Assembly (NCBI GenBank): GCA_001761425.1
Contig: CP012986.1
Coordinates: 960,001 to 992,000 of the forward strand
Direction: 5' to 3'
Origin: Candidatus Saccharimonadota bacterium
GTDB lineage: Archaea > Nanohalarchaeota > Nanosalinia > Nanosalinales > Nanosalinaceae
Length of the DNA: 32,000 nt
Below are positions 1-7,869 of the stretch, piece after piece. Position 1 is the first letter of the stretch. The number at the start of each line of letters is the position of its first letter. The notes beneath the pieces were generated by a model. The model saw nothing but the letters and a program-made list of their open reading frames with translations, was not told the origin of the DNA and searched no databases. A program made the position numbers and the translations under genes.

Positions 1-159
1 AAGAATATCAAGGAAGAGATTGACTGTTTCAAGCGTTATCATAACCAAGATTTGGTGAAAAACCTGTTTATAATTACTGGTTCCTGGGTGCAAAGAACCT
101 CTGAAACAGTTTCAGGAAACCATTAAAAGCCTGTAACCCGAAATTTTTCCTGTGATAAC

Positions 160-501
160 ATGGTAGAAGTCCCAGAAGATACTGAAGTAGAAGACCTTCC
201 GTTCACACACGCAAGGATCAAAAGAATGATCAGGGAGAAAGCAGACGAAGGCCAGTACGTACGCTCAAACGTTTACTACGGCCTCAACCTGCTTCTCGGC
301 GAAATCGCAGAAGAAATCATCGACAACATGATGGAAACAGACGCAGCATACGTCGAAAAACACCACCTCGACCACGCAGCAAGGAAATATGAAAAAGTCG
401 AAAACATCATCCAGGAAAAAGAACGCGTCTCCAGAAAACTCGAGGCACTCTCCGCAGACGTCCAAAAACTATCCCGCGAAGTACAGCAAAGCGACCACTG
501 A
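160..501 (+). CDS. Histone-fold protein (archaeal histone / NF-Y / NC2-like) with a C-terminal coiled-coil extension
   Basis: The 113-aa ORF has an N-terminal part that reads as a histone fold. Helix a1 is LPFTHARIKRMIRE, long helix a2 is VYYGLNLLLGEIAEEIIDNMMET and a3 is LDHAARKY. A roughly 40-aa heptad-like tail follows (KVENIIQEKERVSRKLEALSADVQKLSREV). Confidence 0.6.
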   Translation: MVEVPEDTEVEDLPFTHARIKRMIREKADEGQYVRSNVYYGLNLLLGEIAEEIIDNMMETDAAYVEKHHLDHAARKYEKVENIIQEKERVSRKLEALSADVQKLSREVQQSDH

Positions 502-583
502 AGGCCTCAAAAACAAGGCCTCACATATTTTTCCCCAGTTCTTCACACCATTTGATTTATTCTTTGACCCCAACTTTCACATT

Positions 584-928
584 ATGAGGTTCGAAAGCGA
601 AGTAGTAAGCGAGGAACTTCTCCCAGCGATCAGATCCATCATGGCCTCACAGCTCAAACAGGAATACGGCCTCAAACAGAAAGAAATCGCAGACAAAATA
701 GACATCACACAGCCCGCAGTAAGCCAGTACCTCTCAGGAAACCGCGCCAACCAGAAAATAGTCGACAAGATGAAAGACGACCCACAGATCGAAATCATAA
801 TCAGAGACGCAGTCAGCAACGCAGCCAAAGACCAAGAATTCAGCCAGGAAATAAGCCAGGCCATACAAACCGTCAGAGACAAAGGCCTCCTCAAAGAAAA
901 ATTCTCAGACACCGAAAAAATCATCTGA
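584..928 (+). CDS. XRE/Cro-type helix-turn-helix transcriptional regulator (small archaeal COG2522-like)
   Basis: The tracked ORF 389..928 overlaps the previous gene, so the internal ATG at 584 is the plausible start. The HTH segment is LKQKEIADKIDITQPAVSQYLSGNR. Confidence 0.7.
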   Translation: MRFESEVVSEELLPAIRSIMASQLKQEYGLKQKEIADKIDITQPAVSQYLSGNRANQKIVDKMKDDPQIEIIIRDAVSNAAKDQEFSQEISQAIQTVRDKGLLKEKFSDTEKII

Positions 929-972
929 TTTTTTTCCAGGTTTTTAGAAAATCTCTGGTTTCCATCCAGAGA
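929..972. terminator. Bidirectional terminator-like region between convergent genes, with oligo-T runs and a perfect hairpin
   Basis: A T7 run at 929-935 immediately follows the TGA, and a T5 run lies at 941-945. The hairpin TCTCTGG-tttccat-CCAGAGA at 952-972 has a 7-bp stem. Confidence 0.4.
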
Positions 973-1011
973 AAATCATTTACTGACATAAAAAGAAGGA
1001 AAAAATATGTT

Positions 1012-3006
1012 TTACGTGAATCCCTGGAAGGCATAACTCTCCGCTTCCTCAAGTTCTTCCTCTTCTTCCGCGACAAGTTCGCTGAACTTTTCGACCGCAT
1101 TCTCCAGAGGCTCTGCTGAAAGCTCGTACTGCCCTGCGGTTTCCTGAACTTTCTGGACAGGTTCCTCAAGAACTTCAAACTCTTCCTGAAGAGCCTCAAA
1201 GTCAAGGTAGTATTCCTCGCTGAAGAACGCGACATAGGCCAGACCTCCGCCTCCAAGGCCTACGAAAAGAAGCAGGAAAAGGCCTACAGCCTGGTTCCTC
1301 TGCGCTGTCTCATGCTGTTTTTTGACTTCTTCATAGGTATTTGACGCAGCCTGGAACCGGTTCTCAACGTTTTGCAGATGACTTTTGACCCTGTAAAGAT
1401 TGCCGTTGCTTTTGGCTTTCTCTGCTGACTCCATGCTGGAGAAGAAGCCGGAGGTATTTGACTCAAGTTTCTCCTTTCTTGAATCCGAGAGGCCTTTCTC
1501 AAGGTCTGAAACATTTTTCTCCAGAGCCTCGTACTTCTTATAATATTCACTGTACTTACTGGTTATCCTGTCTTCCTGATTCTTGTTTGCCTCTACAACG
1601 AAATCCATTTCCCGGGATGTATCAGGACTTTCTGTAGAAAAAGTCAGACTGTGTTTCCCGAGGTCAGTGTCTTCAGTGTCGATTGAAAACATCAGTTCAG
1701 TGCTGTTTCCAGGCCTCAAGTCTTGAACAGTCCTTGAATCATTCAAAACCTGTGAATCAATGTTTAGCTCCATTTCACCGATGAAAAGATCGCCTGTGTT
1801 GGTCACGTTGGCATAGATTATCTTCGAGTCTCCTGCCGTGACACTGGCAGAGTCATCTACACTCAGGCTTGCAGAAGGCTCTGCATCAGGCCTGAAATCG
1901 AAACTGAATTCTTCACGGACACTTATCTTCCCGGACTTATCTCTTACCCAGACATAGACCGTGTGCTTCCCGGCTTCAAGGCCTTCAGTGCCGACCCTGA
2001 ACTCTCCCTCTGCTTCCTGGTGGGAGATTTCTTTCCCTCTGTCATCGCCGTACTGCATTTCATCGATCTGATAATGGATCGTGTCTACGTCAAGGCCTTG
2101 GACATCTTTTGAATCGTAGGCATCGTAGGAAAGCTGGAAGTCGCTGTTGAAAACTCCTACAACTGCTGAAAGGTTTCCTACCTCTGGACTGGTCTGATCA
2201 AAGAAATACTCTCCGATTTCTACGGTTTCGCTGTTACCTGCCTCATCTTCCAGGACGATTTCCATGTCATAGCTTATGTCGAATCCTACCGGCTGATGTT
2301 CACAGGTGAAGTCCTCGCTGTCATCAATGTCCTCGAAATCCGAGAAGCCGTCGAACCAGCTGTCAGGACTGCACTTAATCCTTACCTCGGATTCGTCCTT
2401 CTGGTCTAGAGAAACAGTGAACCTTTCAGGCCCTCTACCATCAAACACCTGAGGCCCCGGACTCACCTCTGGATCACTATCTCCTTCAAACCGGTTGTCG
2501 TAAACAAATTCTTCATTATAACTTAGTTCGTTACCGTATTCGTCTTCAGCAACTATATTTAGATCGTAGGAACTGTCATGGCTCAACTTATTTTCTGGAA
2601 AGTTAACTTCAAGTTCTCCAGAACAGGATTCATCTCCACAGTCAAAGTTCTGATCCAGAGCATCTCCATTGTCTATCTCCACATCCAGATCGGTTACTTC
2701 ACTTTGATCTGACATCTCGAACTGGACAGGTCCAAACTCCGAATTTACCCTATCTTGTAAATTATTACTTTCTATCTGAGGTTCTTCATTGTCAACAGTA
2801 AGCTCTACAGAATCAGATCCGTTACCCTGATCCCTGGAAACTTCTATCGTCATCTCGCCGCTTGTCACATAATCGTCAGTATCGAACGAATAGTCTGTAT
2901 AGGATCCATTGGCAGTTACTGTAGCCAGGTCATTGGAGCTAGAACCAGAATAGGCCAGAGTGATAGAATAGTCCTCACTACTGTTTGTAGTGAAATTTAG
3001 CGTCAC
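1012..3006 (-). CDS. Large acidic cell-surface protein with tandem Ig-like/CARDB-like beta domains, a coiled coil, one C-terminal TM anchor and an acidic cytoplasmic tail
   Basis: The 664-codon ORF starts at GTG 3006. Domain boundaries recur about every 100 aa (EEPQIESN, SDPEVSPGP, QTSPEVGN, PDAEPSASL). The segment SVTAGDSKIIYANVTNTGD...LRPGNSTELMFSIDTEDTDLGKHSLTF looks CARDB-like. The TM segment is AVGLFLLLFVGLGGGGLAYVAFF. An in-frame signal-peptide-like extension runs upstream to 3132 (see findings). Confidence 0.8.
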   Translation of the reverse strand: MTLNFTTNSSEDYSITLAYSGSSSNDLATVTANGSYTDYSFDTDDYVTSGEMTIEVSRDQGNGSDSVELTVDNEEPQIESNNLQDRVNSEFGPVQFEMSDQSEVTDLDVEIDNGDALDQNFDCGDESCSGELEVNFPENKLSHDSSYDLNIVAEDEYGNELSYNEEFVYDNRFEGDSDPEVSPGPQVFDGRGPERFTVSLDQKDESEVRIKCSPDSWFDGFSDFEDIDDSEDFTCEHQPVGFDISYDMEIVLEDEAGNSETVEIGEYFFDQTSPEVGNLSAVVGVFNSDFQLSYDAYDSKDVQGLDVDTIHYQIDEMQYGDDRGKEISHQEAEGEFRVGTEGLEAGKHTVYVWVRDKSGKISVREEFSFDFRPDAEPSASLSVDDSASVTAGDSKIIYANVTNTGDLFIGEMELNIDSQVLNDSRTVQDLRPGNSTELMFSIDTEDTDLGKHSLTFSTESPDTSREMDFVVEANKNQEDRITSKYSEYYKKYEALEKNVSDLEKGLSDSRKEKLESNTSGFFSSMESAEKAKSNGNLYRVKSHLQNVENRFQAASNTYEEVKKQHETAQRNQAVGLFLLLFVGLGGGGLAYVAFFSEEYYLDFEALQEEFEVLEEPVQKVQETAGQYELSAEPLENAVEKFSELVAEEEEELEEAESYAFQGFT

Positions 3007-3429
3007 ATCACCTGAAACAGTATCACCATCATCAGGCGTAGGATCCTGAAACTGAACTGCCGAAACTGTTCCAAGGGTTAATGTTAGGGCGATTAGAAGG
3101 AGGCCTGTTTTCTGTGTGAGGTCGTGGTTAATAACCTATCACTGTTTATTGATTGAGTCAGGAATGTTTAAGTAAATTTTTCGGAATTTTCTGGTCTTTG
3201 TACGGTCAGGCCTTGGATTGTCTGTCTTTTTTCTCCGTTTCTGGAGGGCCTTCTGTATTATCTATTTGTTCCTAAGCCTATTAAGTTCTTTTGTTACTTT
3301 TTGATGATCAACCTGTCCTCTAGGTGATGTGGATGGTTGAGGCCTTGAATTGTTTTTGTAGAATGCTGTGGCGATGAGAACTACCGGTTTTCTGAAGGCC
3401 TTGAGTATGTGAGGTTTTACTGGTTTTTT

Positions 3430-4857
3430 TCAGTCTTTGTCAAGTTCTTCGAATCTTTTGATAGCTTCTTTTCTTTTTTCGCCGTGGTCTACGATAGGCT
3501 TTGGGTAGTCTTGTCCTATTGTGACTCCGCAGTCCTGTTGCTGGAGTTTGTTCATTTTCCAGGGTTGGTGGATGTGTTCATCTGGTACGTCTTTGAGTTC
3601 GGGGACCCATTTTCGTATGTAGTCTCCTTTTGGGTCATAGTCCTGTCCTTGACTGGTGGGATTGAATACCCGGAAGTAGGGTTGTGCGTCGGTTCCTATG
3701 GAGTAGCTCCACTGGATGCCTCCGACCATTGCGGAGATTTCTGCGTCCACGAACATCTTTGAGAAATAGCTGTGGACGTCTCTCCAGTCCAGCCAGAGAT
3801 CTTTACATGAGAAGTTTGTGACTACCATTCGAAGCCTGTTGTGCATGAATCCTGTCTTTTTCAGCTGACGCATACCTGCGTCGACGAACGGGTAGCCTGT
3901 CTTTCCCTCGACCCAGGCCTCCCATTTTTCCTCTGCTTCCTCTTTCCTATCCCAGTCAGGTTCGTTGTCCCTGTACTTTTCCATGAATGGTTCGTGTACG
4001 CTGTGCGGGAAGTTCCAGAGTATCTGGAAGTAGTAATCTCTCCAGGCAAGTTCTTCCTGCCACGTCTCAATACCTGAAGTATCATCGTTAGGGTTCCGGG
4101 CTTTCAATCTTTCTGCCTCCCAGAATACCTCGCGGATCGAGACAGTTCCGAACTTGAGGTATGGTGAAAGCTTTGAGGTAGAGTCTTTCCAGGCATAATC
4201 CCTGTTTTCATCGTAGTTCAGGATTTCTTCTTTGAACTCTTCAATCCTCTCCTCCCCTCCTTCTCTACCAGGCCTCCAGATCCATTCGAAATCATCTGGT
4301 GCCTCAAAGCCTAGCTCTTCAAGTGATGGGACCCTTCTGCTTTCTATTTCAGGGACTCTGTAGTCTTCCACGGTTCGAGGCCTTTTCTTATCTCTTTTGA
4401 ACCATTTTTTCTTGTAGTAACTGTATACCTTGTAAGGAGTCTCTGAGTTAGTCAGTATCTCTTTTTTCTCGAACATAACGAGGTCCTTGAAGGTTTTGAC
4501 CGGGATATCCAGCTTTTTCTCTACTTCCTGATCCCTGTCACGGGAGTAAGGAGTATAGTCTCTGTTAAAGTATAATGCATCGGCATCTGCCTCCGCTATA
4601 ATTTTTTCCAGTTCTTCAAAAGGAGTTCCTTTTCTCACGACCAGTCTCTTCTCATCCTGCAGTGCCATCTCTTTCTTGAACCCTGTAAGCGATTCCCTCC
4701 AGAACTTGACTCTGGGATAACCCAGTTCTGCGTTCGAAAAGTACTCGTCGTCAACAACGTAGAAAGGAATAACCTCATCGTGTTTCTCCGAGGCCTCTAC
4801 CAGGGCAGTGTTATCGTGTTCCCTCAAACTTCTTCTGATCCAGACTATCGCGGTCAC
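3430..4857 (-). CDS. phr: Deoxyribodipyrimidine photolyase / cryptochrome family protein (class I-like)
   Basis: The 475-aa ORF starts at GTG. The N-terminus IVWIRRSLREHDNTAL is typical of the family. The FAD-binding C-terminal block is TGYPFVDAGMRQLKKTGFMHNRLRMVV...GTDAQPYFRVFNPTSQGQDYDPKGDYIRKWVPEL. Confidence 0.9.
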   Translation of the reverse strand: MTAIVWIRRSLREHDNTALVEASEKHDEVIPFYVVDDEYFSNAELGYPRVKFWRESLTGFKKEMALQDEKRLVVRKGTPFEELEKIIAEADADALYFNRDYTPYSRDRDQEVEKKLDIPVKTFKDLVMFEKKEILTNSETPYKVYSYYKKKWFKRDKKRPRTVEDYRVPEIESRRVPSLEELGFEAPDDFEWIWRPGREGGEERIEEFKEEILNYDENRDYAWKDSTSKLSPYLKFGTVSIREVFWEAERLKARNPNDDTSGIETWQEELAWRDYYFQILWNFPHSVHEPFMEKYRDNEPDWDRKEEAEEKWEAWVEGKTGYPFVDAGMRQLKKTGFMHNRLRMVVTNFSCKDLWLDWRDVHSYFSKMFVDAEISAMVGGIQWSYSIGTDAQPYFRVFNPTSQGQDYDPKGDYIRKWVPELKDVPDEHIHQPWKMNKLQQQDCGVTIGQDYPKPIVDHGEKRKEAIKRFEELDKD

Positions 4858-5069
4858 ATCAACTAATTGAATACCAAGAAATAAAATCTGTGGGCCTCAG
4901 GTAAGGCCTTGAATTTCTGCCACCGGATTCATCAGGAAATTGCTATCACTCATCATAGTTTCTTCCATGTCAAGGAAGTAACTTCGTTGAGTTATTCCCA
5001 AAAAAAAGATTCTGATAATTTATTTGGGAAACAAGTTTTTCCGTAGTAGAAAACCAGGATTTGAGGCCT

Positions 5070-5219
5070 TCAGTCTCTGATCTTTTTCCAGAGTTTTCTC
5101 CAGACTTTTTGAAATATCTTGAACTCTATGTATGTCTTGACGTATTTTCTGCCGTTTCTTTTGAAGTGGTAGAAGGCCTTTTTCTCGGCTTTTTTCTTTG
5201 CTTTGCGTTTTACTCCCAT
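5070..5219 (-). CDS. Possible small, very basic protein (49 aa), below the ORF-track threshold
   Basis: I translated it manually as MGVKRKAKKKAEKKAFYHFKRNGRKYVKTYIEFKIFQKVWRKLWKKIRD. The ATG at 5219 lies 31 nt downstream of the trkA stop on the same strand. The tracked plus-strand ORF 5061..5306 has the F/L/C-rich look of an antisense artefact. There is no clear SD and no homology that I recognise. Confidence 0.3.
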   Translation of the reverse strand: MGVKRKAKKKAEKKAFYHFKRNGRKYVKTYIEFKIFQKVWRKLWKKIRD

Positions 5220-5250
5220 AACTGGTTATCGTGCTTTGAACGGTTTATTT

Positions 5251-5910
5251 TCACTGGTCTTGGAAGAATGCGTCGAGTTTTTCCTTTGATTCCTCTGGGC
5301 CGATGAGTATGAGTTCGTCTGACTGGTTGAGTTCGACTTTACTTTCTGCTTCCAGTGTTTCCTCCGGTTTTATGATAGAAGTGATCTTGAATTCTTTCGG
5401 GAATTTCTCCATGTCTCTGAGTTGGCCTATATTTTTGTCCAGAAGATCTGATTCCTTTTTGATTGAGGCCTTGAGGACTTCTCTGTCGTTGGAGAGGTTT
5501 GCCAGTTTCACTAGGTATGGGTGTTCTACTGCGGAGAGGAATTCTGATAGAAGAAGGTCTGTATGTCCTATTGCCTGTGCGTCGATGATTTCGAAGGCCT
5601 CAAAGTATTCGTCGTCTTCCATTCTTGAGACGACTTTGGGTACTCCGTATTTTTTGGCGAGGGAGCATACTACCATGTTTTCGTTGTCGTCTTTCAGTGT
5701 GGATATGAGTATGTCTGCCTCTGTCACTCCTGCGTCTTCTAGAGCGGATAGGTTAGAAGGGCTTTTGTTGATAACTGTGGCTCCTGATGATGAGTAGAGT
5801 CGTTTGCATCTGTCTTCGTCCTCTTCTACGACTACCAGGTCGTGTTTTCCTTCCAGCCTCTCTACAAGGCGTTTCGAGAGCGTGTTGATCCCTGTTATCA
5901 CTATGTACAT
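5251..5910 (-). CDS. trkA: Trk/Ktr potassium uptake system, RCK (TrkA-N + TrkA-C) regulatory subunit
   Basis: The 219-aa ORF has a Rossmann-like N-terminus (MYIVITGINTLSKRLVERL...DLVVVEEDED) and a TrkA-C-like C-terminus (VLKASIKKESDLLDKNIGQL...LILIGPEESKEKL). A GGAGG lies 10 nt upstream. The gene sits immediately downstream of trkH. The GxGxxG motif is degenerate (TGINTLS). Confidence 0.85.
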   Translation of the reverse strand: MYIVITGINTLSKRLVERLEGKHDLVVVEEDEDRCKRLYSSSGATVINKSPSNLSALEDAGVTEADILISTLKDDNENMVVCSLAKKYGVPKVVSRMEDDEYFEAFEIIDAQAIGHTDLLLSEFLSAVEHPYLVKLANLSNDREVLKASIKKESDLLDKNIGQLRDMEKFPKEFKITSIIKPEETLEAESKVELNQSDELILIGPEESKEKLDAFFQDQ

Positions 5911-5923
5911 TTTCCGGGGCCTC

Positions 5924-7348
5924 CTATGTTTTGTCTTTGAATAAGCCGCTATTAAATATTGCCAGAAGCGGTATCATCTCAAGTCTTCCGGCGATCATCC
6001 CGATTATCCAGACTATCTTTGAACCTGCTGAAAGGCCTATCATCTGCTGCGTCTCCATAAAGACCGGTCCCATGTTCCCGATCGCAGAGACTGTTCCCGA
6101 GAAAGCTCCCATGAGCGAGGCACCGTCGAAGATAACAACAGCGAGCGTTCCGATGAAAGAAGCGGAGACCCATACGAAGAACAGGACAGAGATTGTTCTG
6201 AGAGTCTCCGACTCAAGTATCTCCCCATCGATCTTCACCTCGTTTATAGCTGTCTCAGGAAGCCTGTAACTCCTTAGATGTCTCTTCACAAGTTCTACCA
6301 TGGTCTCGAGGCGGAAGACTTTCAGGCCTCCGGAAGTCGAGCCTACAGATCCTCCGACAAACATCACTGCGATTATCAGGAACTGTATAGCTGTCCCGAG
6401 AACGCCAAGCGACATCGTAGAATAGCCAGTTGAAGATACGAGCGCTGCGGACTGGAAGAAAGCATCCAGTACAGCAGGCCTTGAAAGAGTATACAGTTTG
6501 AGGCCTATGACAGCTGCAACTGCGAGGAAAATCCCTGTGTATATCTTGAACTCAGAGTTTCTGAAGAGTTTTCGCCACTGACCGTTCAAAAGGCTGTACA
6601 TCAACACGAAGTTCACTCCCCCTATAAACATGAAAACCGTTGTAACGGCCTGTACTGCCGGAGAATAGGCTCCTATGCTCATCGCGTTTGAAGAGAATCC
6701 TCCTGTTGATATAGCGGAAAATGCATGAAGGAAGGATTCGAAAAGCGGCATACCAAGCCAGACATAAGTTGCGATTATCAAAGTGGTTATGAACCCGTAT
6801 ACCTTCCACAGGTCGACTATCGATTTAGTCAGTGAAGGCCTTATGCTTCCTGCATCAGTTTTGTGTGTTTCTGCGGAGAAGAGTCTTCTGGAGGCTCCTC
6901 CGCTTTCTCTTATAACTGCTATGAAGAACGTCAGGATTCCGAGGCCTCCCACCCACTGCATCAGGGCTCTCCAGAAAAGCAGTGACTGAGGCAGGATCGC
7001 CGGGTCTGCAAGCATCGAGATACCTGTGGTTGTGAGGCCTGCTGTTGCTTCAAATACTGCGGAGACCGGAGGCATGAACTGGAAGAGAGGTATTGCTCCC
7101 AGGAATACTGCCATAGTCCATCCTGCGACTGTTGAAGCCATAGCCTCAGATAGCTGTGGTTCTCCCTTCTTTCCTGCGTGAACAAGGAGTTCTCCCATTG
7201 TCATGCTTGTGAGTGAGGCAGCAATGAATCCCGTCCTGACCGTCCAGGGCTCTATCAGGTAGAAGCTCATCAGCATGGGAACTGCCATTATCAGGGCGAA
7301 AACCTTGAGAAATTTTCCGAGTATACGGCTCAGTACCCTGGCTCTCAT
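5924..7348 (-). CDS. trkH: Trk/Ktr-type potassium transporter membrane subunit (TrkH/KtrB family)
   Basis: This is a polytopic membrane protein with four repeated pore-loop glycine motifs: GLTTTGIS, AISTGGFS, LVSSTGYS and GSTSGGLK. The ORF track starts at 7468, but the ATG at 7348 (MRARVLSRILGKF...) leaves a sensible divergent promoter region. Confidence 0.85.
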   Translation of the reverse strand: MRARVLSRILGKFLKVFALIMAVPMLMSFYLIEPWTVRTGFIAASLTSMTMGELLVHAGKKGEPQLSEAMASTVAGWTMAVFLGAIPLFQFMPPVSAVFEATAGLTTTGISMLADPAILPQSLLFWRALMQWVGGLGILTFFIAVIRESGGASRRLFSAETHKTDAGSIRPSLTKSIVDLWKVYGFITTLIIATYVWLGMPLFESFLHAFSAISTGGFSSNAMSIGAYSPAVQAVTTVFMFIGGVNFVLMYSLLNGQWRKLFRNSEFKIYTGIFLAVAAVIGLKLYTLSRPAVLDAFFQSAALVSSTGYSTMSLGVLGTAIQFLIIAVMFVGGSVGSTSGGLKVFRLETMVELVKRHLRSYRLPETAINEVKIDGEILESETLRTISVLFFVWVSASFIGTLAVVIFDGASLMGAFSGTVSAIGNMGPVFMETQQMIGLSAGSKIVWIIGMIAGRLEMIPLLAIFNSGLFKDKT

Positions 7349-7365
7349 TATGTTAATAGATAACC

Positions 7366-7465
7366 GGGTTTCCGAATAAAAAATGGGGAGGCCTACCTGT
7401 TGATTCAAAAAGTTTAACACGGAAACCGTTTGTACTCGGAAACCCAGTTCTTCACCGAAACGGTG
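7366..7465. promoter_or_regulatory. Divergent trkH / rps6e control region with GGAAACC-type inverted repeats and a small hairpin
   Basis: A 10-bp perfect inverted repeat has arms GGGTTTCCGA (7366-7375) and TCGGAAACCC (7436-7445). A further CGGAAACCG lies at about 7420-7428. The hairpin CACCG-aaa-CGGTG is at 7453-7465. The SD GAGGTGA at 7479-7485 is 9 nt before the rps6e ATG. Confidence 0.3.
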
Positions 7466-7494
7466 CAAATGGGAGACTGAGGTGACAATTAATT

Positions 7495-7866
7495 ATGCAA
7501 ATTACAGTTGGAACACAGGATGGACGGACTTTTCAGACTGAAATCGAAGAATCTGCAAAACTTGTAGGTAAAGAGATCGGAGACGAGTTTGACGGAGGTA
7601 TCGTAGGCCTTTCAGGCTACACGCTCAAGATTACAGGCGGAAGCGATAGATCCGGTTTCCCTATGAGAGAGACTATTGAAGGCTCCGAGAGGAAGAGAGT
7701 TCTTATTGAAGAAGGCTCAGGTATCGATGTCTCCGAAGACGGTGTAAGAGAGAGGAAATCTGTCAGAGGAAAGAGAGTATCATCTGAAATACAGCAGCTT
7801 AACACTACTGTCGTCGAAGAAGGATCCAAATCCGTAGAAGAACTCCTGGGCGAAGACGAAGAATAA
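7495..7866 (+). CDS. rps6e: 30S ribosomal protein S6e
   Basis: The 123-aa ORF contains KITGGSDRSGFPMR and an overall S6e pattern. A GAGGTGA SD lies upstream. Confidence 0.9.
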   Translation: MQITVGTQDGRTFQTEIEESAKLVGKEIGDEFDGGIVGLSGYTLKITGGSDRSGFPMRETIEGSERKRVLIEEGSGIDVSEDGVRERKSVRGKRVSSEIQQLNTTVVEEGSKSVEELLGEDEE

Positions 7867-7869
7867 ATC

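Noticed and set aside
1-126. A frame open from the window edge encodes ...KNIKEEIDCFKRYHNQDLVKNLFIITGSWVQRTSETVSGNH and then a stop. It might be the 3' end of a gene.
   Set aside because: It covers only 41 codons, has a non-acidic composition unlike the neighbours and has no recognisable motif. I cannot support it as a feature.
4897-4968. A minus-strand sequence upstream of the photolyase gene has C/D-box-sRNA-like boxes: ATGATGA, then 14 nt, then CTGA overlapping TGATGA, and later CTGA. The same sequence also reads as a 19-23-codon ORF.
   Set aside because: The box spacing is wrong. The D' and C' boxes overlap, the second guide would be about 27 nt, and there is no terminal stem. The ORF shows nothing distinctive.
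5303-5797. Long ORFs antisense to, or out of frame with, real genes. Examples are 5303..5797, 12453..12857, 14635..15207, 8412..8900, 17414..17830 and 7780..8301. The Arg-rich frames 12131..12466 and 18944..19276 belong to the same group.
   Set aside because: They lie entirely inside well-supported genes. Their composition is S/L/F/C-rich or poly-Arg, as expected from reading GAA/GAG/GAC-rich acidic genes in another frame or on the other strand. None has a motif or an independent start context.
7495-7866. S6e might be the substrate of the nearby RimK-like ligases, by analogy with RimK and ribosomal protein S6. S6e ends in GEDEE.
   Set aside because: Archaeal S6e is not homologous to bacterial bS6, the genes are 2-3 kb apart in separate operons, and acidic C-termini are common throughout this proteome. 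The idea is kept only as something a proteomics experiment would test incidentally.
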